A stretch of DNA of 62,374 nucleotides, the filler included, from Stramenopiles sp. TOSAG23-3 (taxonomy: Eukaryota): NCBI GenBank assembly GCA_900128585.1. It is 3 parts of 3 records of this genome, joined end to end, with 100 filler letters (N's around TTAATTAATTAA, not from the genome) between each part and the next. Parts side by side here need not be neighbours in the genome. Positions count along the whole stretch, not along the records: positions 1 to 30,118 come from LT642231.1; 2 more parts are not named here. One strand, written 5' to 3'. The position numbers were made by a program, and so were the translations under genes. Below are positions 11,077-22,868 of this stretch, piece after piece; within the stretch, counting starts at the first letter, position 1, and the number at the start of each line of letters is the position of its first letter. Under the pieces are notes generated by a model. That model was not told where the DNA came from. It saw only the letters and a program-made list of their open reading frames with translations, and ran no database searches.

Positions 11077-11505
11077 ATGATGCGAAATAATGTGTTCGTA
11101 GTTGTACTGCTGAGTGTGGTCGCTCTTGGTTTGACGGAAGCATTGTCGAACCCGGCCCTTCGCAGCAAGCGCCAGGTAGCTCTGAACGGGGTCGCCAAAC
11201 TAGCCTTGAAAATTGCCTCGCCAAGTGGCCCAATGTCCTACTCGGGGGTAATGGAGAACAACCTTAGGGAAGAATTAGTTATGAAAAAGAGACTGTCGAC
11301 CAAAGTGGACACATTGACAAAGGAGCTTGACGACATTTTAAGACCGGCAACTGGACCGGTGGCCCAGTCCACACACCTAGGGTTAGAACAGCACGACGAC
11401 GTCAGGGGCAACGAGAAGCCTTACAAAGATGAAAAATTAGTGAACCTGTACCATGGTAAGTCGCCCCAGAACGTTTGGGGGGGCGAAAACCCGGGGAGGA
11501 ATTAA
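11077..11505 (+). CDS. Small secreted protein of unknown function
   Basis: ATG at 11077, signal-peptide-like VFVVVLLSVVALGLTEA, basic RSKR site, short coiled coil. Confidence 0.7.
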   Translation: MMRNNVFVVVLLSVVALGLTEALSNPALRSKRQVALNGVAKLALKIASPSGPMSYSGVMENNLREELVMKKRLSTKVDTLTKELDDILRPATGPVAQSTHLGLEQHDDVRGNEKPYKDEKLVNLYHGKSPQNVWGGENPGRN

Positions 11506-11782
11506 AGTTAATTAAACTATATAATAATACAAGATTGTATTCCTCTAAACAGTTGATTTATTGTAATGTTTATCAGTATAGGATTAGGGTTTGCTAACCG
11601 AAACAAACACTGAATACGGTTCAAACCTTGCTGAAGACTTCTTTTTTAAACAAGAAAATTGGTTGTTATTTTAAGTAAATTGCGAGTAAGACTTCTTTAT
11701 TTTAAATATCCAACACACAAAACTCCTCATCGTAAATTACATTTGTACTGCATACAAATGCACACGCGCTCCACCTGCTACT

Positions 11783-13537
11783 TTAATTGTAACTAAGCCG
11801 GGCATTCTTTCGAACGGCATAGACGACCCTGCCGTCACGATCGTACCCCGTTACCGTCGAGTGCGTCAGCACTTTCATCATAAACGGTAGCTTCAGGATC
11901 GCGAAAGGCAGCGAAAGCAATCCGTACACCGTTCTAATCCAGTACAAAGTTGACCGCAACCTCCACGAAGCGGAGAAGTAGCCGTCGCTGCTGGTGACAA
12001 AGGCCAGCAGCATCAGGGCAAACACACAGAGTGTGATGGTGGTGTCGTACCAGAACCATTTGCTCAGGTGCCCACCTTTTGGAACGTTCAACAGCAAATC
12101 CTTGCTCCTCTGGTCGTACTCTTCCGGGATTGGGTAATCCTCGCCGTCCACCGCGACTGGGTGCCCTTCCCGAATTGCCAACATCCCTTCGTACGACGTT
12201 CGAGGGCGATTCACCTTCGGCAACCTCAAAAACGCGATCCAAGTGAGGCATATTTGTATGCAAAACATGATAGCCCCGAAGACGGTCAGCGTAGGGCCGT
12301 GCGCGCTGCATTCCCTGTCGGGGTCCGTTACGCACAAATAATACAGGGACGCACCCCGACCGGTCCCCAGGACGCCCGACGTCAAGAACTTTGCCGTCTG
12401 AAAGCTCACTATAAAATCAATCAATTGGTACTCATCATCTAAATCCCGCAGCAAGTACAAAAAACACCACCAGATTTCCGAAAAAATTGGAATGAAAGCA
12501 GGGCATGTAAAAAGCCACCATAGCGGATTTCGCGTTCTCGTCCAAATCGACTGGTTGTAGGGGTACAGCGTGTACAACAGATGGGCCTTCAGTCGACCCA
12601 TGTTCAGAAATGAAAAAGTGCTTTCTGACCCCGGCCGCCTGCCCTGGCAGCATCGCCAGCACGGCGCCACACGGTGGCGATGAAATTCACGGCGAGTTTC
12701 CATCATGTCTTCATCGTCGTTCGCCGCTTCCTCTAAAAGTTGGTCCAACGGTTTGCTTCCCGGGAACCCCTGGGGCGACAGCATCAGGCTTCGTACCCCG
12801 TCCTCGGCGGTCAGATCCTTCTGCGCGCTGTCGCCCGTTTGCATTGCCCCGCCGGCCCCCGCAGGGGTACCGTACGTCAGGCGCCGCCGTACGGACGAAG
12901 GCTTTTTTGCACTGCTTTGCCGGTGCACAGCTGGGGACAGGTAAAGTTGTCGAACTTCCGACGTTTGGCGGAACATTTCACGCTTGACATCAGGAATGAC
13001 CGTCGCCAACGTTTCATCGATTGTTTCCAGAACAAAGCTCGGCATATCCTTGTCCTTAATCTCTTCTGCTACGCGCTCGGCAACAGTGTCCATAATATTG
13101 TCCAGCTGTCGGTTGAAGCTCTGGGTGAGAAGGTGGGCAGCATTCTCTCTCGTCTGTAAAATGAGAGATTCCGTAGCATTTGTCGCAGCACTCGCAGATT
13201 TGCGCAAGAGAATCGCGTTCTCCAAAAATATTGTTCCTATTCGACTGTTTAAAACTGTTTGCACAACACCACGACCTAACTGTATTGCCCGCCTTCGCAG
13301 CACCTGGGGAAACCACACCTTCTCGTCCACATGCACATTGTCGCCGCCGCTCGTTTCGTCTTCTTCATCATCCCCATCCCACTTTGAGTTAAGCAATTCG
13401 TGCGTTGCAATAATGAAAAATATGAACACAAAAGTGTTTTCGGCATAGTTTGTACGGTTCAACGCACGTATGCCAACTAACCTCCCCGCATCCTTTACCC
13501 GGCGGGCAAACGTACGGCGGATTCCACGGGCGGACAT
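11783..13537 (-). CDS. Multi-pass membrane protein of unknown function
   Basis: Long GC-rich ORF with first ATG at 13537; several hydrophobic segments in the C-terminal half (LLYTLYPY..WWLF, DEYQLIDFIVSF, YWIRTVYGLLSLPF). Confidence 0.85.
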   Translation of the reverse strand: MSARGIRRTFARRVKDAGRLVGIRALNRTNYAENTFVFIFFIIATHELLNSKWDGDDEEDETSGGDNVHVDEKVWFPQVLRRRAIQLGRGVVQTVLNSRIGTIFLENAILLRKSASAATNATESLILQTRENAAHLLTQSFNRQLDNIMDTVAERVAEEIKDKDMPSFVLETIDETLATVIPDVKREMFRQTSEVRQLYLSPAVHRQSSAKKPSSVRRRLTYGTPAGAGGAMQTGDSAQKDLTAEDGVRSLMLSPQGFPGSKPLDQLLEEAANDDEDMMETRREFHRHRVAPCWRCCQGRRPGSESTFSFLNMGRLKAHLLYTLYPYNQSIWTRTRNPLWWLFTCPAFIPIFSEIWWCFLYLLRDLDDEYQLIDFIVSFQTAKFLTSGVLGTGRGASLYYLCVTDPDRECSAHGPTLTVFGAIMFCIQICLTWIAFLRLPKVNRPRTSYEGMLAIREGHPVAVDGEDYPIPEEYDQRSKDLLLNVPKGGHLSKWFWYDTTITLCVFALMLLAFVTSSDGYFSASWRLRSTLYWIRTVYGLLSLPFAILKLPFMMKVLTHSTVTGYDRDGRVVYAVRKNARLSYN

Positions 13538-14345
13538 TTTTCGATACGAACGCGAAAAGACGCACGATCTATTTACAACCAACACATATTTATACGACCA
13601 TTCATTATGCTCAAAGGTATCTCAAAACGCACAATATATTACTGTTTTACCCTTCACTTTAATTTGTGTCGTGTTAGTCACTTGTATAATAAAAATTGAA
13701 AGAAGAAGAAAAAGAAGTAGTATAATTATTTTTTTTTCTTATTATATCTTCATCAAAAAAATTTGTTTTTTTTGTTTTTTTTGTTGTTTTACCTTACTAC
13801 GAGTAGGTAATAATAATACACCAAGTATAAAATGTACATTATTAATTTCTGAAATGTTTAAATTAGTAACGTAGTATTATTAAAACCGTACCGTACAGTT
13901 TTTCATGTATTTATTTAGATTACATCATTGTTATTTGAACTATTATTTATTAGTTTTGTTCGCAGTACGTACATTATTTATTAGCTAGACTAGTTATATA
14001 TAATAATCTATACTATTACGCTGTAGTTATTATAGATTTGAATTTTTTATTAATTAGTCTGAAATAATAATAATCTTCGTTCTTCTATAATATGTATCTT
14101 CTTTTCTTCTCCTTCATCATTCACACCTTCACACACCACCACCTCACACCACAAAACACAGGAAAAAAAAAGAACAAGTGTAGTTTCAATTTTCAACCCA
14201 AGGTGTGATTCTAACACTGCTTTCCATTTGGTTAAAACAGAACATGAAAAGCACAGTCAATTAACAGAGCCACAAACGACGAAAATAAAAAGTGTTAGAA
14301 CGATAGAAGCCATTCACAAGAAACGAGTGCGACACAGGATTTATC

Positions 14346-16511
14346 ATGCAGCCTAGTCTTGGAAGCAGCGTTTTCGAATTAAACCCCTTGTCGAGCTACT
14401 TGGTGCAAGAGTCTATTGCTCAAGGTGCGGCCCCGGAGTACGATGAAAACGAACGCCTCGATAATCGGGCCATTCCACGTTTATCTCCTACGATGTTTTC
14501 ATCGTCTTTTGCTAAGTTTCCTACCAGTGGTGAGGCTTGGGAAAATATCCCAGTCATCATACGAAACTCGTTTTGTCAAGTTTTGAGCGAGTGCAAAAGG
14601 CTACAGTCCGAAGTTAACGTGTTGAAGCGAGAAAATGCTGCTCGAGCTCAAGTCCCGAACGAGCTGAAGGATGTTGAAATGCTGACAGTAAAAGTAGAGG
14701 CCCTGGAGCAAAACGTAAGGTTAAAGCCTTCGATCGCTTTTATAAGCGAATGTTTGGACAGGAAAGCAAACCGAAGCGACGTATACGCCATGATTCCTCC
14801 CCAGGAAATTGACTTGAAGGGGTGGGACTCGCGGTTTCTTCGGATAGAGGAAAAAGTTGAAACGGTGGCGGAATCGTTTGCGCTCAGTGAGAAATTCAGT
14901 GAAAAATGGAACGACATTGAAAACCGACTCGTTTTTACAAAGATGCTTCAGGGGAAAATTGCAGATATGGAAATCAAGGGACGCAAGAATGAGAAGAAAA
15001 TCAAGGACTTTACAGAGATGGTGGAACGAATGGAGAACAGCGAATCCAGGATCCTGGAAAGCGTTGGACACCTGTCGCAAGCGTTGAAAGGTATAAACGG
15101 AAAAATAAATAATTTCGATGGAAAGGCAAAACAATTAGAAGAAAAAGTTTCTGTTTTAGACAGCAAGTTGAAGGGGGTTCTAGCAAGAATCGATAGTGAA
15201 CACGAAGATTTGGAGCACCATATGCAAGAAGTGGAGCGTCACCAAAACGACCTTGACAAAAAGCCCAAAACCGTTGTCCGACGGTCACCTACTGGAATCC
15301 AAACGAAGAAATACAAGGACGCAATTATAAACGAGGTCAGGGGATGCTTAAAATATGACATATACGAGGTCTTAGGGATGGACAGTCACAACCACAATGT
15401 TAGTTTTGATGAACTTCGGGACGATGTTAAGTTGGCAAAGAAACAAATAAAGCGAATAAAAGAACACATGGGTGAACTAGAGGGAAACGGCAAGGCAAAC
15501 AAAACGAATTTAGAGGAGACCCAACAATCAGTTTCATCTGCCAATGCTCAAACCGAGAAGCTCAAAGAAACCGCAGAAGAAATTAAGTCGCACCAGAAAA
15601 GGCTGGAAAAACACTTAAGAACAAATACTTCCCATCTGAAGCAGCAGATTGATGATTTGGAACAAAAAATTAAGGGTGAGCAACACAAGATGTCTGAAAA
15701 TCTCCATAATGTTGTGAATGAAAATACGAAAGAAGTCAAAAAGCAGAGCGGACACATGCAACTAGCAATCGGAAAAATAAAAGGTTTCTTGAAAACCCTG
15801 GTATCGCTCGAAACATTAGAGGACAAGCTTGCGAACGAAGTGGGAAAGAGTATATCGGACATTAAAAAAGACATCAAGAGGAACAAAGACGCTGTAGATG
15901 AAATACCAGAGCTGAAATCAGTAGAACGGCACATAAAAAAGCAATTACTTGCGCGCGTCGAAGACGACATAGGCAAAAACAGCACCGCGGTCAGCATCAT
16001 AACCAAGCTATGCAGTGAGAATACTGCTATGTTGGGAAATCTTGAACAAAATTTCGACAAGGAATTAGAGACCATAAGGCAGTGCAGCCAGCAGGTTAAG
16101 AGCAACTCTAGCGAATTATCCTTGGCGAGGAAAGACCGCGAAAGGTTGACAGTGATTGAAGGCAAGCTGAATGAAGTTCTAACAGCTGCTGCGGCGACAA
16201 CGGAGCAACCGTCGCTTCTCCAAGACACTGCTGCACAGAGAGCCACGGGCAACACCGAAGGCCATGAGAAACAGGATGGGGAAAAAAGCGCTCCAAAACG
16301 CGAATCTCACACGGACCACCCAGAAGCAACAGAATCTCGTCGACACAAGAAACGTCGCCATACGCACCGCAAATCGAAGAAATCTGGTTCTAGCCGGCAT
16401 GGGCGACGGAAACAACGAGTATCACAGGAAGAGCAAAGTCAAACTCATGCGATTCTTGAGGCGTTGAAACAACAAAAGCGACTGTTAGAAGAGAAGTTGG
16501 CATCGACGTAA
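14346..16511 (+). CDS. Long coiled-coil protein of unknown function
   Basis: 721-aa ATG ORF, E/K/L heptad-rich, basic NLS-like RRHKKRR near the C-terminus. Confidence 0.88.
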   Translation: MQPSLGSSVFELNPLSSYLVQESIAQGAAPEYDENERLDNRAIPRLSPTMFSSSFAKFPTSGEAWENIPVIIRNSFCQVLSECKRLQSEVNVLKRENAARAQVPNELKDVEMLTVKVEALEQNVRLKPSIAFISECLDRKANRSDVYAMIPPQEIDLKGWDSRFLRIEEKVETVAESFALSEKFSEKWNDIENRLVFTKMLQGKIADMEIKGRKNEKKIKDFTEMVERMENSESRILESVGHLSQALKGINGKINNFDGKAKQLEEKVSVLDSKLKGVLARIDSEHEDLEHHMQEVERHQNDLDKKPKTVVRRSPTGIQTKKYKDAIINEVRGCLKYDIYEVLGMDSHNHNVSFDELRDDVKLAKKQIKRIKEHMGELEGNGKANKTNLEETQQSVSSANAQTEKLKETAEEIKSHQKRLEKHLRTNTSHLKQQIDDLEQKIKGEQHKMSENLHNVVNENTKEVKKQSGHMQLAIGKIKGFLKTLVSLETLEDKLANEVGKSISDIKKDIKRNKDAVDEIPELKSVERHIKKQLLARVEDDIGKNSTAVSIITKLCSENTAMLGNLEQNFDKELETIRQCSQQVKSNSSELSLARKDRERLTVIEGKLNEVLTAAAATTEQPSLLQDTAAQRATGNTEGHEKQDGEKSAPKRESHTDHPEATESRRHKKRRHTHRKSKKSGSSRHGRRKQRVSQEEQSQTHAILEALKQQKRLLEEKLAST

Positions 16512-16916
16512 TAGTAGAAATATAAATACCGGCAGTTCGTAAATAAGAAATGTGGGGAACGAAGAATACAGCGTAATAAAATACGTATTAAAAAATTTCT
16601 TCTCCTTCTTCTTCTTTCTCTTCTTTTTTTCCTCCCTACTACTATTCACAGGAGGAGCAGAGCAGCAAAACAATATCGCGCGACGAGAAGAAAAGAAGAA
16701 GAAGAAAAGCGCGAGCGAGGAGGACAGGAGTTGAAGTTTTTTTGTTTGTTGCATGAGATGTGACGGAAAACGTAATAAAAGTATTAATTATTACGTTCGA
16801 TTCTTATCTATATGGTTGTCACGTTCAAAACCATTAAACCCCCACCTGTTTAGAAAGGACACTTTGCATTTTCATGTAAAAGAACAGAAGATCGGTGGAG
16901 AGAAAACGATAAGGGA

Positions 16917-17933
16917 ATGGCAAAGTTTGTGGACTCCCCGTCTGGGTTGGGCTACACGGTGGTGTCTTTAAACAATCGAGTTGTGACTGTGAGTGACAAT
17001 GATGCAGCAGAGGCTAGTCAGGCAGAGTTTGATAAGCGCATAAGTACGAAGGCAGGAAGCACTTTTGCTACCCTAGATGGGGAATCAATATCGTTCACGA
17101 ATAGAGCAGCAACATTAAAAAAATTAACAAAGAACTGGCAATTTATATGCGACTTTGTCGTGCCTAGCTCCACGTCAAGCCCGGAAGCTTTTGACTTTAA
17201 AGTTGCTGGAAAAATTGCAAATACATTTGCTCACCTGAAATGGTGCAAAAGCAAGTCTGAACATGTGTGCAAATGGATGAGGGCACTCTTAAACGATTGT
17301 GGGGACCTGCAAGTCGCGAAAAGATGCATTCTAGAAGTTGACCAGGCAGTTGCCCCTGTAGTTACAGATCTTGGTCGGGTTGAGGAAAAGCTGGAAATAA
17401 TGGTAGCACGGTACAACCAAGGCCCCGCGCACCCACACGCGAAATCTCCAGCAGCACTGGCAGACATTCTAAGGGGAACTACCAAACACAATCTGGAATC
17501 TATAAGAAAAGAGGCAGATTCCATTAGGAAAGGATTGAAAAAGCGTCCAAATGAGGTAAAACTTGAGCGCGAAAGATATTTGAAGTCCATGTCACACCTT
17601 ACTCAATGGGCCTTGCTTTTTCGTGAAGTTTACCAAGCAAACGCATTTATGCCTTTAACGATCCAGCAATACATTGACGTAATCACAGGTTCTCGTATTG
17701 ACGAGGTGCCTGAAATCCCTAAAGTGCACCCAGGATGGACTTCATTGCCCCCCAAATTGGTGAAAGACATAGAAAAGTTGTGTAACGGGGCGTTACCTGC
17801 AGCGCCAAAAGAAGATGAAAGCATGAAGTTACCGCCCGGGGTGGACAGCGAAAAATGGGACCTGATGGACGACGAGGAAAAAGATGCTTTGCTCCCGGGC
17901 TGGAGGGAGCAATTTGCAAAGCTCAAGGTCTGA
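16917..17933 (+). CDS. Hypothetical protein
   Basis: 338-aa ATG ORF with coding-like composition; no motif recognised. Confidence 0.8.
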   Translation: MAKFVDSPSGLGYTVVSLNNRVVTVSDNDAAEASQAEFDKRISTKAGSTFATLDGESISFTNRAATLKKLTKNWQFICDFVVPSSTSSPEAFDFKVAGKIANTFAHLKWCKSKSEHVCKWMRALLNDCGDLQVAKRCILEVDQAVAPVVTDLGRVEEKLEIMVARYNQGPAHPHAKSPAALADILRGTTKHNLESIRKEADSIRKGLKKRPNEVKLERERYLKSMSHLTQWALLFREVYQANAFMPLTIQQYIDVITGSRIDEVPEIPKVHPGWTSLPPKLVKDIEKLCNGALPAAPKEDESMKLPPGVDSEKWDLMDDEEKDALLPGWREQFAKLKV

Positions 17934-18135
17934 TCAGGTTGGTGGGTTCATTTAATATGTAGCTGTCGTATATTGACAACGAGGCTAAGAATCTTAAAGG
18001 GCATGATGCATTGTTTTGATTTTTGATTTGGCATACAATTGCACAAGTTTCTCCACATATGATATGATTATCATAACATACTTACTGCATTTACTCCAAG
18101 CCAAATTTATGCGTAAACAAAATATACTCCAACTC

Positions 18136-18729
18136 TCATACCCAGAGGTTTGTTGGCCCTGTCGGGAACCTTATCTCTGATGAAGCCAACGCGGCAAATG
18201 ATTTTATTTTTTCCTTCCCTAGTCTTTCACGGGGCCCAGCTTTCCAGCCCTTTTGCCTTTGCAGAGTCTTTGCTCTCATACTTTCCGCAGACCGCCCGAG
18301 CAGCATATGATCCGAATCGTTCAGTTGAGCAAACATAGACTTTTGTTTTCTTGACGCTTCAATTTTCTTTTGCCTCCACTCACTGTGCTTTGCATTATCT
18401 ATTGCTTTGCTCATCTCTTCAGCAGACTTTTTCCACTTTATTGCTTTAAGCGTCGGCTCATTGATTTTAAATTCTCTATTTCTGTCCCACGGATCTAGTT
18501 TTACTTTTTTGCGAAGCAGAAGAGGTGTCACAAGTGGGTCAGCTAAACTTGCTTTTACTACATTTTCAGGTATTGGCAAGTGGTAATACGTTTCAACATT
18601 ATTTGTTTTTACGGGGGAAGTTTTCGGTGCCAGCATTCCCCTCCTGTTTCGTCTTCGCTGCCATTTCAGCTCCTGATCACTAGTCCTATCAACTTTCAAC
18701 TGGAAATCAAAATCTCTTGCCAGCCTCAT
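18136..18729 (-). CDS. Hypothetical basic protein
   Basis: 197-aa ATG ORF, K/R-rich, convergent with the previous gene. Confidence 0.65.
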   Translation of the reverse strand: MRLARDFDFQLKVDRTSDQELKWQRRRNRRGMLAPKTSPVKTNNVETYYHLPIPENVVKASLADPLVTPLLLRKKVKLDPWDRNREFKINEPTLKAIKWKKSAEEMSKAIDNAKHSEWRQKKIEASRKQKSMFAQLNDSDHMLLGRSAESMRAKTLQRQKGWKAGPRERLGKEKIKSFAALASSEIRFPTGPTNLWV

Positions 18730-19613
18730 TTTCTCACGCCTGGGGCATTGTAACCGTATAATTTAATTTAAAGCCAGAATTCTGTGGAGGCTATCGATAC
18801 ACGCGCAAACGCATTTGTGCTGATTATAATCGAGAATAGACATTTTGAATATGCGATAATCAATTTGAGATTGCAGCAATAATTCTTATCAATTTTTCCA
18901 ACAACTGTTGTTGCAGTTGTGCTGTTTTATTATTTATTATATAAGTTGAGCGCGGCCAGGTACGTACCAGGTACCAGCAGGTACCTTATTTATTTTATGA
19001 GGAGTCCAGTAGTCCAGTCCAGGCTCCAGGCTCCAGGCGCACAGAAGAAGAAAAGCTTGTGGAGAGATATTATACGACTCCTAGACTTCGTACGTATAAT
19101 ACCATTGACTAGTTTGACATAGCTATAGCATTGTGAAAAAATACTGTTATGAGGAGCTGTTGTTATTCGATTTCTTTGGTTTTCTCTTTTCGTTCCTCGT
19201 AGGCCGTCTGGTTTCATAATAAGGATCAGGAGGCGAATAGCCTTCCTTTCACCTGTACTCAAGTGGAAGTCTGCGTGCAGTGCTATTATCATTTTAATCT
19301 ATAATAAACTATAAATACGAGGAATAGATACTAAAACAAGAAAGTGAAAGAAGAGGAACAACAACAAACATAACAACAACAACAAAACAATAATAAAAAA
19401 ATCATCAGTAAGTAAAATTAAACATCAACAAGGAAGGAAAGGACAACTTCGTACTACATACCCACCCATAGCGCGTTTACCTCATCAATCAAAAGGTTCG
19501 TTTCACTTTCTCTTTGAAACGTCTTGAAATACAAAGCAATAGAGCAGACATTAGCTGCTATAGGCGACCGCTGCTATATTTTTATGGTCTGACGCTCGCT
19601 ACAATTTCAAACA

Positions 19614-22600
19614 ATGCCAAAAATTTTTGTTTCGTCGGATGCTCCAACATTTCAACAAGACGTCTCGGGGTACGATGTGGAGGCAGGGGCTAAAACTGGC
19701 GAGCTTGTAGACAGTAAAGTTTACGATGTGCGCGACACTTTCTCTTCTTATGATAACGTAGGCAAGAACAAAATCAGCAACACAGTTGACCCCAGAGGCC
19801 GGTTGTGGTACTTTCAGGCATTTTGCGTATGGATCATTCTAGTGCCATGTACCATCACGCCAATGTGGTTGTCGCCTCTGGCGTCTGTGTTTTCTCTTCG
19901 AAGCAGTGTATTATTGTTTATCCTGATCTATTGCGAATCCTTGTGGTGCGGCAAGATTGCAATTATGACGTGGGATCTCTGCAAAAACTTTTCTTCTTCG
20001 TTGTTAAAAACCCATTTAATATGTACGGTCTCAACGATAATGTCTTTGTATAGTTTGGCATTGAATGAAAAGCCAAGCATATGGGGGTTCTGCACGTTCG
20101 CGAGGACGATTGTCCTCGGCAAACCTTTTCGCCACGTGCAACAATGTTTCAAAAAACAATTCACAGCGTCATTGCTGCGGCCACTTAATGGTGTAGTAAT
20201 CATACTATACCTGAACCATTTGCTATGCTGTCTCTTCCTGTATGTCGTAGAGACGCAAGACAAGAACGATCGAAGTACCTGGAACATTTACTCCATGTCT
20301 GAACTGAAAGGCACAAACTTCACTGCTCGGCCGTCCTGGGACGAAAAGTACTTGAAGGCGTTGTATTTCACAACACAGACTATTTTTACGGTAGGTTATG
20401 GAGACTGTTCCCCCGTTACCATCGCCGAAAAACAGATAGCAAGCGTGTATACCGTCATTGGTTCAATAATCTTTGGGTTCATTATAGCATGTATCTCTTC
20501 TACAGTAAAACATTACAACATATCTTCATCCCAGGCAAGATATCGGCGGGATGTGCTCAGAAAATACATGAAGCGAAGAAACATGCCTCTCAAGATTTCC
20601 GATTATGCTTTGGCATCATTTGATGTTTATGGCTACGAACTGGGAGGAAAATTTCCTTCCAAAATTCTACATGAGATGCCACGATGTCTGCAGATTGAAC
20701 TGGCACGGTTAGACTCTGATATGCTCCGAAAATTATCCTTATTTCGTGAGGCAGAGGAGGTAGTGGTTCGCCACCTAGCAGAACAAATGACGTCGCATCT
20801 TTATCTACCGTCGGAGACTCTTGCTACGTCCACCAGTTTACAGCAACGACCAAAGATTGAGATAATTCGAAAGGGAAAAGCTTGTATTTTTTCCACTGAT
20901 GGCATTATGAACGGCAACGAAAACAAATGTATTAAACAAAAACTGTACGCCGGGGATGCGTTTGGAGAATTCGAGACATTACAAAAATTAGTGATGGAAG
21001 GAATCGTTGACGTTCCGCACAAGATTGGGTTCCGAAGCACAGAATCGTATACATATCGTAGCAAAACCGTACTAGACACCGCGAGGCTAACAATTTCCAG
21101 CATCATAAAAGTTATCACGTTTCATGACAAAGTTCAAAGTAAGAAAAAGTCAAACCGACGAAAAAGTTTAGTGGTCGATGAAGTTAGCATATCAGCCTTG
21201 CATGACAAGGGGTGTGGCGGAACCGGAAAGCCTATTATATCGATTTCAGAAGATCGGCGCAGTAGTGGATTCCTGGTACCCATGAACGAAAGTACAAATC
21301 GGTCAGCAACAGAACGGGATTCCAAGAAAAGGCCGTTTCTTCTCCCAGTATGCGACATTGCCCTGTTCTTATACGCAGCGTCGCTGTGGAGCACAGCAAC
21401 AACCCCTCTGCGAATTAGCGCTATGTACGGATGCGACATGGATTTTTTTGCCGAGCGCGCTTATTATTTTGGTGCTATGGACGTATTTTGTGACTTGGTG
21501 TTTTTGGCAGATGCAATTTTGCACGTAAAAGAAACGATAAGCGTAAAATCAAGAGCAGGGGTAAACAGCAAGAGCTTGATGCTCAAGATAATTCTCTTTT
21601 TCCCGTTTCACTGGTTTTTCTTTTCTACAAACCAGCATTTGAGTTGGTTTGGCATTACTCGTTTGGTCTCTGTTCATCACATATTTACGGGATTATCAAA
21701 GTTAAAACTTGCGCTGGAAGACAGAGGAATGCACGTAGGGAGTGATGTGTTTCTGCATGTCCGGTGCCTCTTGGTAACTGCCTTTTTTGTGCATCTAACC
21801 AGCTGCGCTTTTATGACAGGTTTTGTGACCAGTGAGTGCACCTCATATCTCGTTGGTGTTTACTGGACTCTGACGACCATGACGTCCACCGGATTTGGGG
21901 ATATAGTTCCAAAGACGAAACCTGGAATGTTGCTGACAATTATGGCCATCTATGTAGGAACGTTTCTCTACGCATTTGTAGTAGCAAGCATAACTGCGCT
22001 GTTTCATGAATCAGGGGTGCACGACGGCGACCCAAGGTATCGCAGAGACATTTGTCGACAGTACATGATCGATCTAAAAATCAACACAGCAACGGAACGC
22101 CGTGCACTATCTTACATAAAATTTTATGCAGGCAAGTTTGGAAATATTGTCGAACAATCGCTGCTGAACCATGAATTACCAGCGAAGCTCTCAAAAAAAC
22201 TGACAAATGCTATCAAAAGCAAGTTTCTTCAGTTGGGATTTTCCCACTTGGAGTCCGAAATACAACAGAAAATAATGGAGCGCATGGCACAGCAATTTTA
22301 TTTCCCCGGCGATACGATGCGTTCCCCATTTCCTGGTGCATACTTTGTGAATCAAGGCTCCGTCGAGATAAAAGATTTTTCGAAGAACCTGACTGCCAAA
22401 CTGGCCGGCGGCACAAGTTTTGGTGTCAGCGATATATTTCAAGTCCAAGAGAGTGATATCAGCGTAAGTTTTCTAGAACCGACAGAAGTTTATTATCTCA
22501 GTAAACATGATTTCTATTCTTCTATTGAAGATGACCCTGAAGTAGACAAAATATTACATACGGGAAAAGATCAGGCAACGGCGGTGCAATCGAACACGTT

Positions 22601-22868
22601 TCAAGCCACTAAGCGAGTGGCAAGTGGAAACGAAGGCACAAAAACTTCAGACAATAGTCGATTGTTAGGAACAGTCAATTATTTGCAAACAAGCGTCGCC
22701 TGGGATGCAGTTCTAGTGTGTGTTTTCATATGGAATTTTATTACACTACCATTTCGGGCTTCATTCATGAACTTTTATGACATGCCCGCCATCATATACA
22801 TGGTTGATTACTTTGGTGACCTGGCCTTTCTTTTTGACCTTTTTGTCAGCTCCAGAAGTCTGGGGTGA
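19614..22868 (+). CDS. Four-repeat cyclic-nucleotide-binding K+ channel (CNGK-like), N-terminal part: repeats I-II and start of III
   Basis: Pore signatures TVGYGD (20388-20405) and STGFGD (21885-21902), each followed by S6, C-linker and a CNBD-like region; the ORF ends inside the S1-S2 region of a third repeat. Confidence 0.9.
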   Translation: MPKIFVSSDAPTFQQDVSGYDVEAGAKTGELVDSKVYDVRDTFSSYDNVGKNKISNTVDPRGRLWYFQAFCVWIILVPCTITPMWLSPLASVFSLRSSVLLFILIYCESLWCGKIAIMTWDLCKNFSSSLLKTHLICTVSTIMSLYSLALNEKPSIWGFCTFARTIVLGKPFRHVQQCFKKQFTASLLRPLNGVVIILYLNHLLCCLFLYVVETQDKNDRSTWNIYSMSELKGTNFTARPSWDEKYLKALYFTTQTIFTVGYGDCSPVTIAEKQIASVYTVIGSIIFGFIIACISSTVKHYNISSSQARYRRDVLRKYMKRRNMPLKISDYALASFDVYGYELGGKFPSKILHEMPRCLQIELARLDSDMLRKLSLFREAEEVVVRHLAEQMTSHLYLPSETLATSTSLQQRPKIEIIRKGKACIFSTDGIMNGNENKCIKQKLYAGDAFGEFETLQKLVMEGIVDVPHKIGFRSTESYTYRSKTVLDTARLTISSIIKVITFHDKVQSKKKSNRRKSLVVDEVSISALHDKGCGGTGKPIISISEDRRSSGFLVPMNESTNRSATERDSKKRPFLLPVCDIALFLYAASLWSTATTPLRISAMYGCDMDFFAERAYYFGAMDVFCDLVFLADAILHVKETISVKSRAGVNSKSLMLKIILFFPFHWFFFSTNQHLSWFGITRLVSVHHIFTGLSKLKLALEDRGMHVGSDVFLHVRCLLVTAFFVHLTSCAFMTGFVTSECTSYLVGVYWTLTTMTSTGFGDIVPKTKPGMLLTIMAIYVGTFLYAFVVASITALFHESGVHDGDPRYRRDICRQYMIDLKINTATERRALSYIKFYAGKFGNIVEQSLLNHELPAKLSKKLTNAIKSKFLQLGFSHLESEIQQKIMERMAQQFYFPGDTMRSPFPGAYFVNQGSVEIKDFSKNLTAKLAGGTSFGVSDIFQVQESDISVSFLEPTEVYYLSKHDFYSSIEDDPEVDKILHTGKDQATAVQSNTFQATKRVASGNEGTKTSDNSRLLGTVNYLQTSVAWDAVLVCVFIWNFITLPFRASFMNFYDMPAIIYMVDYFGDLAFLFDLFVSSRSLG